From the NCBI RefSeq assembly GCF_002113885.1, contig NW_018407245.1, forward strand, positions 64,775-128,774: a stretch of 64,000 nucleotides of DNA, written 5' to 3'. Position 1 is the stretch's first letter, and each line of letters opens with the position of its first letter. A model generated the notes under the pieces. The model made no database searches, had not been told where the DNA came from, and worked only from the letters and a program-made list of their open reading frames with translations. This document shows positions 52,401 through 63,600 of this stretch, piece after piece. Both the position numbers and the translations under genes were made by a program. The DNA is from Mizuhopecten yessoensis (lineage: Eukaryota).

Positions 52401-55400
52401 ACTTTGCCTGACTTGTATCTCCCTTCACCAAAAGGTCCATGTTGACATCACAGTCCTTCAGTGCGATCCCAGTCTTTGACGATCCGTACAGCACAACACT
52501 GACCTCTGAAAATATCAAACGAGAAAAACTCTCAAATTCTATTTATCTATAGCTGCATCCATTTGTAAACGACTCTAATTTTAAACTCAATTCAAACCAT
52601 AGCAAAATATATTGATGTTATTTATTAACAAGTTAACAACCGAAATATTCTGACTAGCTTCGGTCATGATAATTACTTGTTATTTCAACTCTTTGTAACT
52701 GAAACCTTTTTGTTTTATTAATTTGGATATTAAATGAAATTATTTCTGTGTCCATTGATATATATTTCCTGTCCAAATGGACGATTTATCTTTAAATACT
52801 ACAACTGTTACCATGGTGACTGGATGTATACCTAGAACAGTAAATAGTTTTATAAATGATACCTTATGTGTTTCATTGATATCTCATTGACTGACTTACT
52901 AGTTAACAATCTTTTTCCAATCGAAATGGACGTACACTCATTTTGTAGCTATGATATCCATACCTGGTTGTGTTTTGCGGAGAAACTCCTCAAGTTCAAC
53001 GGTGACCTTGACCCTGTAGTCCTGATCCTCCTTTTGGAGGGCGTGTTGGAGGAGAATGTCGTCTGCCAGATGGTCGATGGCTTCCACCTGGTCTTCTCTC
53101 ACCGCTGGCATCCTCTCCAGACATGTTTCAATTCTGCTAATCTATCAAAATATAGCAATGTTTCTGTTAAAACTACAAGTGAATAAATATGTAGATGTCA
53201 TAAAAAAGAACCCAAACCTTCCTCTTTTCTCCAGCAACCACTATAGTTAAATTTTTTCTGACTCATTGGATAAACCTGCTAGGAGTTGGTTAGCATTAAT
53301 TATTGGTTACCCACTAGCGGGTAACACCCTGGAGGTGATTTCATTGGTCGATCTCTTTATCAACAATGCTTTGTTACATCATCTTCCAGGATCATGACAA
53401 GTAATTCCCTGATCGGAAACAAGAATAATGTATTCCTAGGAGGAACATTTATTTTCTAGATTTAACATCTGAACGTCTTTATACAATTTGAAAATGAACT
53501 AACTCAGTTACCAATTTTATCATCTCTAATGTAATTTTGAATATGAATGTAAATGTTGCAGAAATATATATGTTACCAATAGCAGCATTAAGATTTGTAA
53601 CACTCCAGCGCGGTATATACCTCTATTCTTCGTTTGTGTCGGCTGTCCTTCATGTGCCGGTCACAATCTGCCGGTGTGTCCATGTGATAATCACACAGGC
53701 GACAAAAGAATTTGGCTTGCACAAATCGTGTAGATTTCTAAAATAAAATTAAAAAAACAACAACATTATTTTCATTTTTATCTAGGATAATAATGAAATA
53801 ATAATCAAAAAAGACTACTAATATAAATTTATTTCTTGATATTACTTAATTTATGTTCCAAATGATTAAATTCACAATGATTTGAACAAGATCAGTTCCC
53901 TTTCTTATGTTTGTATATAAAATTATCTCCCATATTAGTTAGACAAGAATTATGCGTAATTATATGTGTCGCCTGTCCCGCTTTGTCAATATAATAAGCC
54001 TTTGACATAGTACATAAGGAAACGGACCTAAACGCAAAATCATAACATTGATTTTTTTTAAAGTCCAGAAATTTCAGGTTTTTATCCGAAAAAGTGCAGA
54101 AATCCATGAAATGTTTTCAGAGTAGTAGGCTCTACTACCCATGATACATGTATGATTGAGGTTTGGTTGGTCTAGCTCTTATACTTTGTCAGAAAGAGCC
54201 TAATATGCAAGAGCTAAACGCAAAACCTTAACGTTGAGTTTTTTTTTTTAAGTCCAGAAATTTGAGGTTTTTAGCAAAAAATACAGAAATCAATGAAATG
54301 TAGCTTGGTCAGAAACAGAGCTAAACGCAAAACCTTAACTTTGTTGACGCCACCGACGTCACCGTCGAAAAAGCAGCGCCTATGTGTCTTTCCGACATCC
54401 GTCGTAGGCGACACAAAAACCACCAGGCAGTGTTTAACATATGACTTAATCTAATGTATAATTCCTGTTACCAAAATAGATGCCACACAAACCTTTTTCA
54501 GGGGAAATATTCCGTCTTCTTCTAATCTCTTCAGTAATTCAGCCTGTGATTGTGCCTGTGTTGCCTCCAGCTTTACAACTAAAAACGCGAAAGAAAACAA
54601 TGAATGGTTTAAAAACGATCCATTTTAATCTGAACATAATGAGAGAGAATTTTAACATAAAATAAGTCAATATTTACCATGAAACAAGTAAATAGGTCCA
54701 GAAGTTAACCCTAAATCACATCAAATACCGGTATATAGTAAAGAACAATCAACTTAGAATATAATTACTGATATAGGCATCTGGGGATCCTCTATATATA
54801 GATCTGATCACTTATCAGAACACTGTACATACATGACAAGGTGTTATATCTGCTGGTATTATTTATGACACATAACACTTTGAGATGTCACCTATATGTA
54901 CATACATGACAAGGTGGTATATCTGCTGGTATTATGTATGACATATAATACTTTGAGATGTCACCTACATGTACATCCATGACAAGGTGTTATATCTACT
55001 GGTATTCTGTATGACATATAACACTTTGAGATGTCGCCTACATGTACATACATGACAAGGTGCTATATCTGCTGGTATTATGTATGACATATAATACTTT
55101 GAGATGTCACCTACATGTACCACCTACATGTACATACATGACAAGGTGTTATATCTACTGGTATTCTGTATGACATATAACACTTTGAGATGTCACCTAT
55201 ATGTACATCCATGACAAGGTGGTATATCTGCTGGTATTATATATGACATATACATCTATAACACTTGGGGATGTCACCTACATCAGACATGTACATGCAT
55301 GACAAGGTGTTATATCTGCTGGTAGTATCCATGACATATAACCCTTGGGGATGTCACATACATGTACATACATGACAAGGTGGTATATCTGCGGGTATTA

Positions 55401-57409
55401 TATATGACATATACATCTATAACACTTGGGGATGTCACCTACATGAACATACATGACAAGGTGTTATATCTGCTGATATTATGTATGACATATAACACTT
55501 TGAGATGTCTCCTATATGTACATACATGACAAGGTGTTATATCTGCTGGAATTATGTATGACATATAACACTTTGAGAAGTCACCTACATGTACATACAT
55601 GACCAGGTGTTATATCTGCTGATATTATGTATGACATATAACACTTGGGGATGTCGACTACATGTACATACATGACAAGGTGCTATATCTGCTGGTATTA
55701 TGTATGACATATAATACTTTGAGATGTCACCTACATGTACCACCTACATGTACATACATGACAAGATGTTATATCTGCTGGTATTATATATGACATATAC
55801 ATCTATAACACTTGGGGATGTCACCTACATCAGACATGTACATGCATGACAAGGTGTTATATCTGCTGGTATTATCTATGACATATAACCCTTGGGGATG
55901 TCACCTACATGTACAAACATGACAAGGTGTTATATCTGCTGGTATTATTTATGACATATAACACTTTGAGATGTCACCTATATGTACATACATGACAAGG
56001 TGGTATATCTGCTGGTATTATGTATGACATCTAACACTTGGGGATGTCACCTAAATGTACATACATGACAAGGAGGTATATCTGCTGGTATTATGTTTGA
56101 CATATAGCGCTTGGGGATGTCCCCTCCATGTACCTACATGACAAGGTGGTAGATCTGCTGGTATTATGTATGACATATACCACTTGGGGATGTCCCCTAC
56201 ATGTACATACATGACAAGGGGTGATATCTGCTGGTATTATGTATGACATATAACACTTGGGGATGTCACCTACATGACAAGGTGTTATATATGCTGGTAT
56301 TCTCCTGTAATTAAATCAGCACTGAAGATTTGCAGTATGAAAAGTGCTCAGAAAACGATGGCTAATGTTACTGCTAAAATCTGGTACATGTACAACACTC
56401 TTACAGTATATAGGGAAACCGAAAAAGCAATGTGACCAATACTTCTCATTTATTAGTTCCATTTTGATGTTGCATGCTCAGTAATGTACACTGTATATAT
56501 ATTTATGTACATGAACACAATTATGAGACCAAGCAAAACTGGATACTTTTTAAGTGTGTTTGGTGAGATATTTTAAAGTTGTAATTACATTAGTTTGAAT
56601 TGGCATGTCTCACTCAAATATTTGAAACTAAAAATAAGTTAAAATTTGTATTTACCTTTCTTGACCTCTGGTTCGGTACGTTCGTCCTTACTTGCACTGC
56701 TTTTGGACTTCTTTTCCGCCTCCTTTTTTTCCTTTGGCTTTGGTTGGCTTTCTGATGTATCATGATCATCTCCTTCTGATTTCATTTGTGCAGCTTTTAG
56801 TGCCTCAGCTTTTTTCTTTTTAATTTTCTTTTTCTTTTCTTTCTTAACAGGCAGGTCCCAAAACTTCTTGACTGCTTCCTCAACCGGTTTGTTTTCTACA
56901 TCTTCCTCATGCATGTTACCATCACGCTCCTGCTTTTGATCTGATGTCACGTCTTCGTCACCTTGCGATTTCCGTGTGTGTCTTTTAGCTTTCAAAATCT
57001 TCCTAACTTCACTTTCGCCCGCTGATACGTAACTCACTGAAGACTGCAGCTCGTGGTTACTGAGGGAAGCTTTAAGGTCCGACAAACTTTCAAAGCTTAC
57101 TTCAGATAATACTTTACTTTCACTCGCTTGGTTGTTGGAATCCATAACTTTGCTCCGTCTTTTTCTGGTCTTTTTGCTTCCATCTTCCTGGTTTTTCTCG
57201 TCTACTGGAGAATCCAGTGACGTTTCAGTGGCAGCCTCAGTTGGTGTCTCAGACTCTGTACCCTTGCCATCTATCTGTTGAGTTGGATTTTCACTACTTG
57301 GTGGTATGGCAATATTAGATGCAGAGTCAATATCTGGTTTCTTGAAGTTCAGTAGTGACTTAATTCCTAACTCAATTTCTTGAGTTGAGAGTTTGTTGAA
57401 ATCTGCCAT
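25293..57409 (-). CDS. TUT7: Terminal uridylyltransferase TUT4/TUT7 (ZCCHC11/ZCCHC6) orthologue; 26 coding exons, ~1764 aa
   Basis: Domain order: C2H2 zinc finger, inactive NTase + PAP-associated domain, acidic linker, CCHC knuckle, active NTase (GSSHNGFGFKLSDLD..EGDIS), NRM IEDPFDLSHNL, CCHC knuckle, Q/P-rich tail. GT-AG exons assembled by hand sum to 5295 nt with consistent phases. Confidence 0.93.
25455..25806 (-). mobile_element. tRNA-derived SINE (CORE-like central block, (ATT)n tail)
   Basis: Minus: A box ggtagtctagtgg, B box ggttcgagg, then ctttgagcaagatacttta and an L2-like tail. Confidence 0.75.
26280..26355 (-). CDS. TUT7: TUT4/7 coding exon 25
   Basis: ttcag|AACATT...AACATTG|gtaagt; NIPPGSSPRQ. 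Confidence 0.7.
27217..27647. mobile_element. Interspersed repeat, probable non-autonomous DNA transposon
   Basis: Short inverted ends tacatag(a)ggtt; homologous copy at ~53240-53510. Confidence 0.6.
27667..28323 (-). CDS. TUT7: TUT4/7 coding exon 24 (Q/P/S-rich low-complexity tail)
   Basis: tttcag|AATATC ... GCTCAG|gtatac; 657 nt open, phase 0-0. Confidence 0.75.
28720..28809. mobile_element. Small TTAA-type (piggyBac-like) MITE
   Basis: aactcattcaccc ... ggggtaaatgagttaa; similar element at 35750-35840. Confidence 0.55.
30952..31112 (-). CDS. TUT7: TUT4/7 coding exon 23
   Basis: ttgcag|GG ... CCAAGG|gtttgt; PRRSKPDPNDPDIEQNWRS plus polyQ. Confidence 0.7.
31200..33000. repeat. Intronic satellite: 37-bp units (31200-31490) and related 30-bp units (31540-33000), interrupted by an insertion
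   Basis: ctacctttggagtggacacactgtttgggtgaacaat and gttgacatactgtctgagttgacagtctta units. Confidence 0.93.
31748..32219. mobile_element. Palindromic non-autonomous element inserted in the satellite
   Basis: ~67-bp-arm hairpin 31752-31886, then an inverted pair 31892-31916 / 32191-32215; satellite resumes on both sides. Confidence 0.75.
33003..33136 (-). CDS. TUT7: TUT4/7 coding exon 22
   Basis: ttccag|AGAAG ... CCCAAAG|gtaggc; phases 2 and 1 match neighbours. Confidence 0.8.
34158..34390 (+). mobile_element. tRNA-derived V-domain SINE
   Basis: A box gtggcgcagtgg, B box ggtttgattcc, V-SINE signature gggttttctccgggtactccagtttcctcccaca. Confidence 0.85.
34460..34584 (-). CDS. TUT7: TUT4/7 coding exon 21 (CCHC zinc knuckle 2)
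   Basis: DYFFD...PPSDRCCRVCNKIGHIAKECP. Confidence 0.92.
34845..34933 (-). CDS. TUT7: TUT4/7 coding exon 20
   Basis: MNQYIMKTFIRGRELYGMP; donor GGG|gtgagt. Confidence 0.9.
35150..35585 (-). mobile_element. 5'-truncated CR1/L2-type LINE 3' end
   Basis: IREHPMK...IRKNFCAVRIVRIWNNLP then FKTRLD matches CR1 ORF2 C-terminal motifs; 50-bp duplication in the 3' UTR and a cttaa repeat tail. Confidence 0.75.
35880..36011. mobile_element. Hairpin MITE; shorter relative at 34627-34699
   Basis: Both begin catcat(c/t)gga.accca and end tgg.t.tccgacgatg. Confidence 0.7.
36073..36120 (-). CDS. TUT7: TUT4/7 coding exon 19 (nucleotide recognition motif)
   Basis: DPFDLSHNLGGGLSRK, with the UTP-selecting His. 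Confidence 0.93.
36330..37780. repeat. 26/30-bp satellite (tcttgt(ttgt)cacaaagagttacagaaactaaa)
   Basis: About 50 tandem units, starting about 45 nt inside the intron after exon 18. Confidence 0.96.
37823..37994 (-). CDS. TUT7: TUT4/7 coding exon 18 (PAP-associated domain)
   Basis: PKIWKCKNQQSFGELWLGMFVFYTEEF...KLWNGKCIAIE. Confidence 0.93.
38844..38918 (-). CDS. TUT7: TUT4/7 coding exon 17
   Basis: LYPGKKPERVIDGWNTWYFDD. Confidence 0.9.
39130..41049 (-). repeat. 59/60-bp tandem array made of the last 48 nt of TUT exon 16 plus its 5' splice site (~32 copies including the real one)
   Basis: Unit on minus: TACTACCTCCAGCAGTGTAAACCTTCAGTCCTACCGGTCCTACAGGAG|gtgagtatgtt. Confidence 0.97.
41002..41115 (-). 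CDS. TUT7: TUT4/7 coding exon 16
   Basis: VCEIGDASRGSLSSYAYILLLIYYLQQCKPSVLPVLQE; 114 nt. Confidence 0.93.
42081..42170 (-). CDS. TUT7: TUT4/7 coding exon 15
   Basis: ALYNTKMIQLYASLDPRVKCLGYALKVFAK. Confidence 0.93.
42205..42862 (-). repeat. 42/43-bp tandem array derived from the end of TUT exon 14 plus its donor
   Basis: GAGGGAGACATTAGTTTTTATAACTTACTG|gtaagatat repeated at 43-nt spacing, drifting into tgctattttgtataactgttg|gtaagatttg. Confidence 0.92.
42833..42994 (-). CDS. TUT7: TUT4/7 coding exon 14 (third catalytic Asp)
   Basis: TAKVPIVKF...LEGDISFYNLL. Confidence 0.94.
43484..43584 (-). CDS. TUT7: TUT4/7 coding exon 13 (GSS / DxD catalytic motif)
   Basis: LHLFGSSHNGFGFKLSDLDLC. Confidence 0.95.
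43885..45138 (-). repeat. 36-bp tandem array whose first unit overlaps the exon 12 donor
   Basis: TACCCAG|gtatgtaggtgttacacaaacacatgata followed by about 34 tacccggttatgtaggtgttacacaaacacatgata units. Confidence 0.95.
45132..45218 (-). CDS. TUT7: TUT4/7 coding exon 12
   Basis: DFGVKEEEYEEREDIRQELEEFIQELYP. Confidence 0.9.
45364..45511 (-). CDS. TUT7: TUT4/7 coding exon 11 (CCHC zinc knuckle 1)
   Basis: CSICEKEGHLKNSCPE. Confidence 0.92.
46529..47604 (-). CDS. TUT7: TUT4/7 coding exon 10 (end of N-terminal module plus acidic linker)
   Basis: DPFSHKRNAARSV...YFYF, E/D/S-rich linker, FLEKKFTDGK. Confidence 0.9.
47965..49780. repeat. ~28-bp satellite (gggataatcggtgatacaccgatgtaac)
   Basis: About 1.8 kb; begins about 12 nt after the exon 9 donor. 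Confidence 0.96.
49790..49961 (-). CDS. TUT7: TUT4/7 coding exon 9
   Basis: SVGALWLDMLRFYCLEFD...KKWNTKRVAIE. Confidence 0.92.
50420..50509 (-). CDS. TUT7: TUT4/7 coding exon 8
   Basis: aatcag|GGC..GAG|gttaat; 90 nt, phase 0-0, GLDDDENKSPTKRKR. Confidence 0.7.
51063..51176 (-). CDS. TUT7: TUT4/7 coding exon 7
   Basis: ICKIDRQDEGTLPAYSFSLLLVHYLQKCKPAVLPVLDL. Confidence 0.92.
51465..51661 (-). CDS. TUT7: TUT4/7 coding exon 6
   Basis: VRSDFAAKIPCI...DPRVRKLGIVFRYFAK. Confidence 0.92.
52365..52505 (-). CDS. TUT7: TUT4/7 coding exon 5 (degenerate NTase motif)
   Basis: LYGSSKTGIALKDCDVNMD (DxN in place of DxD). Confidence 0.92.
52964..53141 (-). CDS. TUT7: TUT4/7 coding exon 4
   Basis: 178 nt open, phase 0-1, ISRIETCLERMP...FLRKTQP. 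Confidence 0.85.
53621..53737 (-). CDS. TUT7: TUT4/7 coding exon 3 (matrin-type C2H2 zinc finger)
   Basis: FFCRLCDYHMD...RHMKDSRH. Confidence 0.9.
54493..54578 (-). CDS. TUT7: TUT4/7 coding exon 2
   Basis: QAELLKRLEEDGIFPLKK; phases fit. Confidence 0.85.
54820..56300. repeat. ~71-bp satellite
   Basis: atgtacatacatgacaaggtgttatatctgctggtattatgtatgacatataacactttgagatgtcacct, about 20 copies. Confidence 0.95.
56656..57409 (-). CDS. TUT7: TUT4/7 coding exon 1 (charged, disordered N-terminus)
   Basis: ATG at 57409 (MADFNKL), open to AAAG|gtaaat; phase fits exon 2. Confidence 0.8.
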
Positions 57410-59038
57410 CTCACATAGTATCACATCTCTCGGTAATCTTTACTTCCATCCATTTGGTTTCTATCCTTAGAAAAATAAAAAATAAACATATTTTTCATCA
57501 TTTCTCATTGAAATATAGGCTTATATAGAAGTATGATAAAGTGTCAACTTTACTAGTAATATTAATTGTATGATGTTATAGAGATGTATGGGATCTTCCA
57601 AAAGTAAAAAGGAACTGAGTAGTTATGAATGAAGAATACATGTCCATATTTGGCATCTTTTATATAAAATTAACTTGAACAAGAGATAAAAAAGAGATAT
57701 CAAGCTACCTTTTTATTTCTATCTCAAACCCTTTAACAGATCTTGTTTGTATTCTGAGACACATAGAGGGCCATATTATAACATTGATCTTGCAACCCTT
57801 TGATGTTATTGAAACACTCCAAAAACTGCCAAATTCACTATAAAAATTCTTGCAGTAATATGGTGCCAAATATGATGTGACGATAAATTAGTACAGATCA
57901 ATGTGTTTGATCTGTCAATGGAATCTTCCAGTCCAATTTATACATCATTTTTTTGGGCTGCAAATTTGAGAAAAGGAACATACTTTCCTCTCAAAGTGTA
58001 AAAAATGTATGCACCAAAATATGTATTTAGCATACACCAAAACATATGCATTATCACATTTCAATAGAGAATATTACTATATATATAAACTGCTTCAATT
58101 GATTTTAAATATTTTCCTTGAAGAAATGAAGCATCAATTTTACAGAATCTGGGATCTTTGCATATTTAATGCATCTTTTAACTATATATGGTCATGTCTA
58201 TTTGATCACGACCCTTCAGGTGATAACTGCAGGATATTGTAATAACTTATGATTAACGTAATGTCAGGCCAAAGGGTCATATTGATAAAGAAAACACTGT
58301 CAAACTATATAATTCCATTATTTGAGTGCCACAATCGCTAGCTCTCACACTCTCTCTAATGTGTTATTAATTATAAATATAAAGACATTGAGTTGACAAA
58401 GAGAACAACAGCTCAAAAGACTGAATAGGTTATATAAACCCCATTTCCCCAGTAGAACTCGTTCTGAGGGGCGTTTTTGCTTCTGAGTATACATATATGA
58501 AAGAAAGATCTACAAACAATGTTTCAGCCAATATAATTATGTAGCGGAACCCGAATGGGTCATTCTGAATTAATTGAGAACCAGGAATCTTGTTGCAATA
58601 TCTGGGTGAAGTCTTGGCAAGGGGATGTCTGGACCTACGTGCCGACGTACAGGTCCAGATCAATTGGTCAAGAGTCTCTACAGTTCGAAGTTCGAATCCC
58701 GGTTTTGCCGTGCATTTGTCCGCTCTCCTGTTAAAACGTTTTCTGTCATAGATGTAGGCCCTATTTTCAAGTTAAGTTAACCACATAGAAAAAAAACAGG
58801 TATGCCAAGAACTATCTACGATCTTTACAGTGCCTACTGTATCTGAAGAAGAAGAATGCTAGTGTCTAAATCGAAACCAAAAGTCGGCAATTACAAATTA
58901 CCGTATTGCAAATACAGGAAGATACAACCTTGACATCATAAAAACAAGAACTCTTCCTGACATACAATTAAAATGCAATGAACGAACAACACGCTTCCAA
59001 AAAACCCATAAGCACACAAAAGCAGTCTACGAGTCTAC

Positions 59039-59335
59039 CTGCTCAAATTCAAAACATGGACGCTGCCATTTTGAATGTTGCATTATGGAAATTATTTCAC
59101 TGTTTTATATTTTTTTCTTTATTAACTATTACAATTGTTATATCATATTTTTAGATTATTCAATTAATTATCCGGTGAAAATCTCTGTCATTAGACGAAA
59201 ATAAAATTATATGATTCCTGTTACCGAAGGAACGGGAGTTCAGAGTGACATTATGGCGGCTTTCATGAAAAGTTGACATAATAACACGAGAATGTAAACT
59301 TATGTAAAATCAAGTAACTGATAGCTACCCCGAGC
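59039..59335. promoter_or_regulatory. Bidirectional promoter with putative TUT non-coding first exon (donor at 59039) and divergent YY1-like motifs
   Basis: aaaATGGCAGC on minus (~59061-59073) and ttATGGCGGC on plus (59251-59260) flank an AT-rich core; GAGCAG|gtagac donor on minus. Confidence 0.65.
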
Positions 59336-59447
59336 ATGTTTCGCACTGCCGGTTACTATCGTGGTGTGAATTGTCCATACTTTGCCAGCGGACTTTGTGA
59401 ACGCCCGCATTGTCACTTCAGACACGTCAAACAAGATCAGAATGAAG
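59336..59447 (+). CDS. REXO1: RNA exonuclease 1 homolog, coding exon 1
   Basis: MFRTAGYYRGVNCPYFASGLCERPHCHFRH resembles the REXO1 N-terminal C-C-C-H motif; donor GAAG|gtagaa, phase 1. Confidence 0.85.
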
Positions 59448-61543
59448 GTAGAAAATTAAATGATAAACAAAAAAGTAGACCCGTTGTAATTAATCACGCC
59501 ACTCGTGTCTTCATTGCCAGGAAGTTTAAAGGCATAAGAGTGGCATTTATAAAAGCTTGATCATCTGAACAAATGATCTAGACAAATCGTAAGAGCCTAT
59601 GGTGATTATTAACAAGTCTTGCAAAAAGAAAAACAATCGTAAATAAGACGGGTAAATTGTTCACTTTCTCCAAAATAATGGCTTTTCCTACAGACTAAGA
59701 CGTTTTGGAAACTTTTGTCACGTGTTTCTTACTCAGATTGATGAGCAAGATAAGTGTAGGCTTCTTTTCACTCTCTTTAGGTATCACGGATACTGTTTTT
59801 AATTTATGTGTATAATATATTTATATATATATATAAGAGAAGGAGAAATGCACGGCTAGACCATGTGACCATGTTTCGAACCCGGGACCCTCCGAACTCT
59901 AACCAACTGATCTTTCTGGTCATCAGGATTGACATAGTACAGTTCTGCTTCTTTCCTCTCCCCTTTTTATAAATCTTCACCCCAAAAGACACAACTATTT
60001 ACCACCCAAATTTGATAATCCCCTTAATTGCCAAGCATTCAACCAGTGCTTGAAACAAGGGTTGGCAAGCTCAACAACTTTGTTGTAGGAGAACGAGAAA
60101 TGCATGGCCAGACCAGGTTCAAAACTGGGTGCTCCAACCCTATACAGAATTAAAAGCTCTTTTACCAATTGAGCTTCGATTCTTGTTTAGTTCTGCTACA
60201 GGTTAATTGAGATACTTGACAAGTAGTACACTTGTCCAGTTCACCATGAGCTATAGGTGAATTGGGTAGCTATTCGTGGCAGGTTTTAATTGTACATTGG
60301 ATTACAGTCACGTTCTTGCTTAAGCCTAGGCCTCGGCTCAGTAAGTTAGAGCAGCAGACTTGGAAGCGAAGGGTTGCTGGTGTGATCCCTGGTGGACATC
60401 CTATTATATAGTCTCTTTCCTGTTGCAAATGACACTTCCTTTTAGTTTGGTGACAGGCTATAGCTAGGGTCTGTTTTCTTTAATGCTGTTTCAAATAGTT
60501 CGACCGAAGTTGTTCTTTACGAAAAAAGTGATGGACCTAGTAATATAATATGATGGTGCTTTCTAGCAAGCCTTGGAAAAATCTTTCAAGGCCGCTGGTT
60601 CAATCCCCACTGGAAGTTCTATTAACTGATGCATACAGAAAAAGATACATCTGGGATGAATTCAAACCAGGAATCTTGACAACTGATCTACTGACAGTTG
60701 ATCTATCACCTGAGCTACTTTGTAATCATAAGATATCAGTGATTGAACCAGGCTGTATATGTCTGGTTCAATTTACCTCTGGTCTATATTTGAGGTCTTT
60801 GCCTCTGAACATGCATAGACAGATTTAGTGGGTTGCATGATGCCCTCCCTTAAATAGCATTGGTATTTTGGAGATTATTTACCTTAAAAATGACCTAACT
60901 ATGTACATGTATCCCCATCCTCTAATATAACATGTGGGACATACATGTACATTCTTGTTATAATATTGGAAGTGAGGGCCATCTGACCTCTGACAGAAAT
61001 GTGCTCTAATAGCTGAAAACATCAGTTGTTTTACTATTGACAGATTTTTTTGTAACACTGAAAATATCTATACATTTTGTAAGAATTAAAGCACACATGC
61101 ATGTAGAGGCATACATATAGAATGTTACAGGAAATACAGTCCCAAATAAATCAAGCCAACTTCTACACGATCATCATGATAATGTTCATTCCTGCAAATT
61201 TTTGGTCTCCTGCTTCCTTTAACTGATCAAGATTCCATGAAGTTGTAGTTTATACTTGTAATGATAATTTCTGATGTAAATGTGATGTTCCAATATATTA
61301 CAGAAATATATTCCACAAATCATTTTAATAACCCGAAGAAGCTCTAAAACAGTCAATTTCATTCAAAGACTTGGTCAGTCTGTAATATGGTTACATAGAA
61401 AATTACTGCTGTTGACATCACAATACCTCAGAGAGGCTTCTTTCTTATCCTAAAATATTTCTCCAGCTATTGTTAGAAATTCTTGAAATCTGGAACTATT
61501 GAAACAGTGCTGTTGTCAAAGTCGATCTCTGTATTGCTTTCAG

Positions 61544-63600
61544 ATCTGAATAGCAGGCCAAAGACTCCAACTCCCTCAAAAGATGCAAGCTCATATTTGG
61601 AGAAGCTCTCTGATGGACAATTCCCATTGACCAGTGAATCTATCAAGTCCTACTCCAAGGATAATGATGTGGACGTTGATGAAGAGAAATCTAACAATCA
61701 CCAAATTCTTAACAAATATACAGGTGAACCCATAATCAATGAGAAAAGTGAATGTTATGAGTTGGGACCAAATATAAATGAAGTCAATAAATACACGGGG
61801 AAACCTGTGGAGTACAACAAATACACTGGAGAACCTATTTATCATAAAGAGGATAGTTCATCGTCATCTCTGAACAAACGATGGACAGAGGCGGTGCTTG
61901 GGAGTGACACCCCAACCTATAATCCTACTCCATTAAGTGAATTACAGAAGAGAAACGCAAATCCAAATCTGAACAAATATTCATTGTTGGCAAGTACTAT
62001 CTCTTCCAGCCAAGAGTATGATCCCGAATCAAACTACTCCACCTCGACCAAAGTCCACCACGTGTCCGTTCCACAGGTTGGCCGTCCCTCCTACAGCAGT
62101 AAGAGGTCCTGTAGCTATGATCCTGCAAATGTCAAGTATAAAAAACCGGTTCTCAAAAGACAACGTGTGGCTTCATTCTTTGATGCAAAATTTAGTTCAG
62201 ACGAAGAAGAAGAAAATAAAAATGTTGAAAAAGATGGAAAAGATGAAAAAACAGTTTCAAGTGATAAGGAAGACAAATTTCATCTGAAGGATGTCAATTA
62301 CTTTGAGAAACTTTTAGATGGACCCAAGGATGTGGATGAAAAGAAAAGTCGTGTTAAGGTTGAAAGTGATGATTCCTTGGATTCTCTGGATGAAGATGTG
62401 GATGTCACACCGTTACTTGAAAAGTGTCGAAGACGTTCACAGTCTGGGGGAAACGAACAGGACAGTACAGAGGAGAAAACAGATGTTAAATCCAAAGTCT
62501 CCAATGTAGATACAGGGGACAGTTCCTCTTTACACTCTAAAACAGAAACCGTCTCTAAGAAAGGCAAAGAAAGCTCTGATTTAACTGATAAAAAGACAAA
62601 GAAAAAATCCACAGCTGAATCGGTCCCCAGTACTGGTGACAAAAATGACAAATCTACTGAAATTTGTGATAGAAATGACAAGAAAAATCATATTGCTTCG
62701 TCATCACATTCAAAATCTTCCCATCATGGATCAAATAAATCACAGAAGGAAACTTCATCATCAAAAATATCTCAGGGGAACGGGATTTCAACTCATAAAT
62801 CAACTAAGGAGTCATCGAAAAATTCCCAACCTGGGACTAGTAATTCATCTCACAAATCTTCAAAGGAGTCGTCATCGAAATCCTCACATCATCACAAAAC
62901 CGAATATAGCAAATCTTCACATAACAGTGATAAGAGCTCACACCACTCTTCATCGAAAAAGCCTCATTCAAGCACATCGTTATGTAAGGTCAAGGACAAA
63001 AGCAAATCCCGAGATTCACAAGACAGCAAATCGTCAGAAACTGAAAATCACCTTGTGTGTGATACTGACAAGTCAAACGATTTATCAAAATCATCATCAT
63101 CTTCATCATCATCAAATAATCATCGCAAACATTCACGACATTCAAATTCTGAATCATCGTCGTCATCTTCAGACAAACACCAGCATAATTCAGAAAGAGG
63201 TCACGATACAAATTCTGTTCACACTTCGTCACATAGCTCGGGGTCTAGTAAAGGTAGCAAGGACATGAAAAATAGAGCCAAACAAAAAGACGACAAGACT
63301 AGTAAAAACGATAAAAAGCGGACCAAGTCGGTGAGTTCTGAAAGGCGGAAGTCTTCAGAGACGATCAAGAAAAAGATTGTGGACATCAACATTGATCTTT
63401 TTGGTGCAAACAGTGAGGACGAGGAGGACGATGAGGATTTGGTGGAGGTGCCGATGGCGTCAGACGGACATATATCGGAGAGTGACATGGTGGCGTTTCT
63501 CAATGATAGTGATTACTCCGATGAAGACATTGACAGATATGATGAGTGTTTAAGAATCTTTCAGGAAAACAAAGGAGTAAAGAATAACACCAACAAAAAG
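61544..63600 (+). CDS. REXO1: RNA exonuclease 1 homolog, large coding exon 2; gene continues beyond the window
   Basis: ctttcag|AT phase matches exon 1; REXO1-like motifs YNPTP, EYDPESNYS, AKFSSDE, ECLRIF; donor AAG|gtatag. Confidence 0.82.

Noticed and set aside
58645-60430. Several tRNA-like segments (also near 11560-11615 and 21000-21060)
   Set aside because: Degenerate short tRNA-derived repeats sharing an aggaga..gaaatgca end; not functional tRNAs
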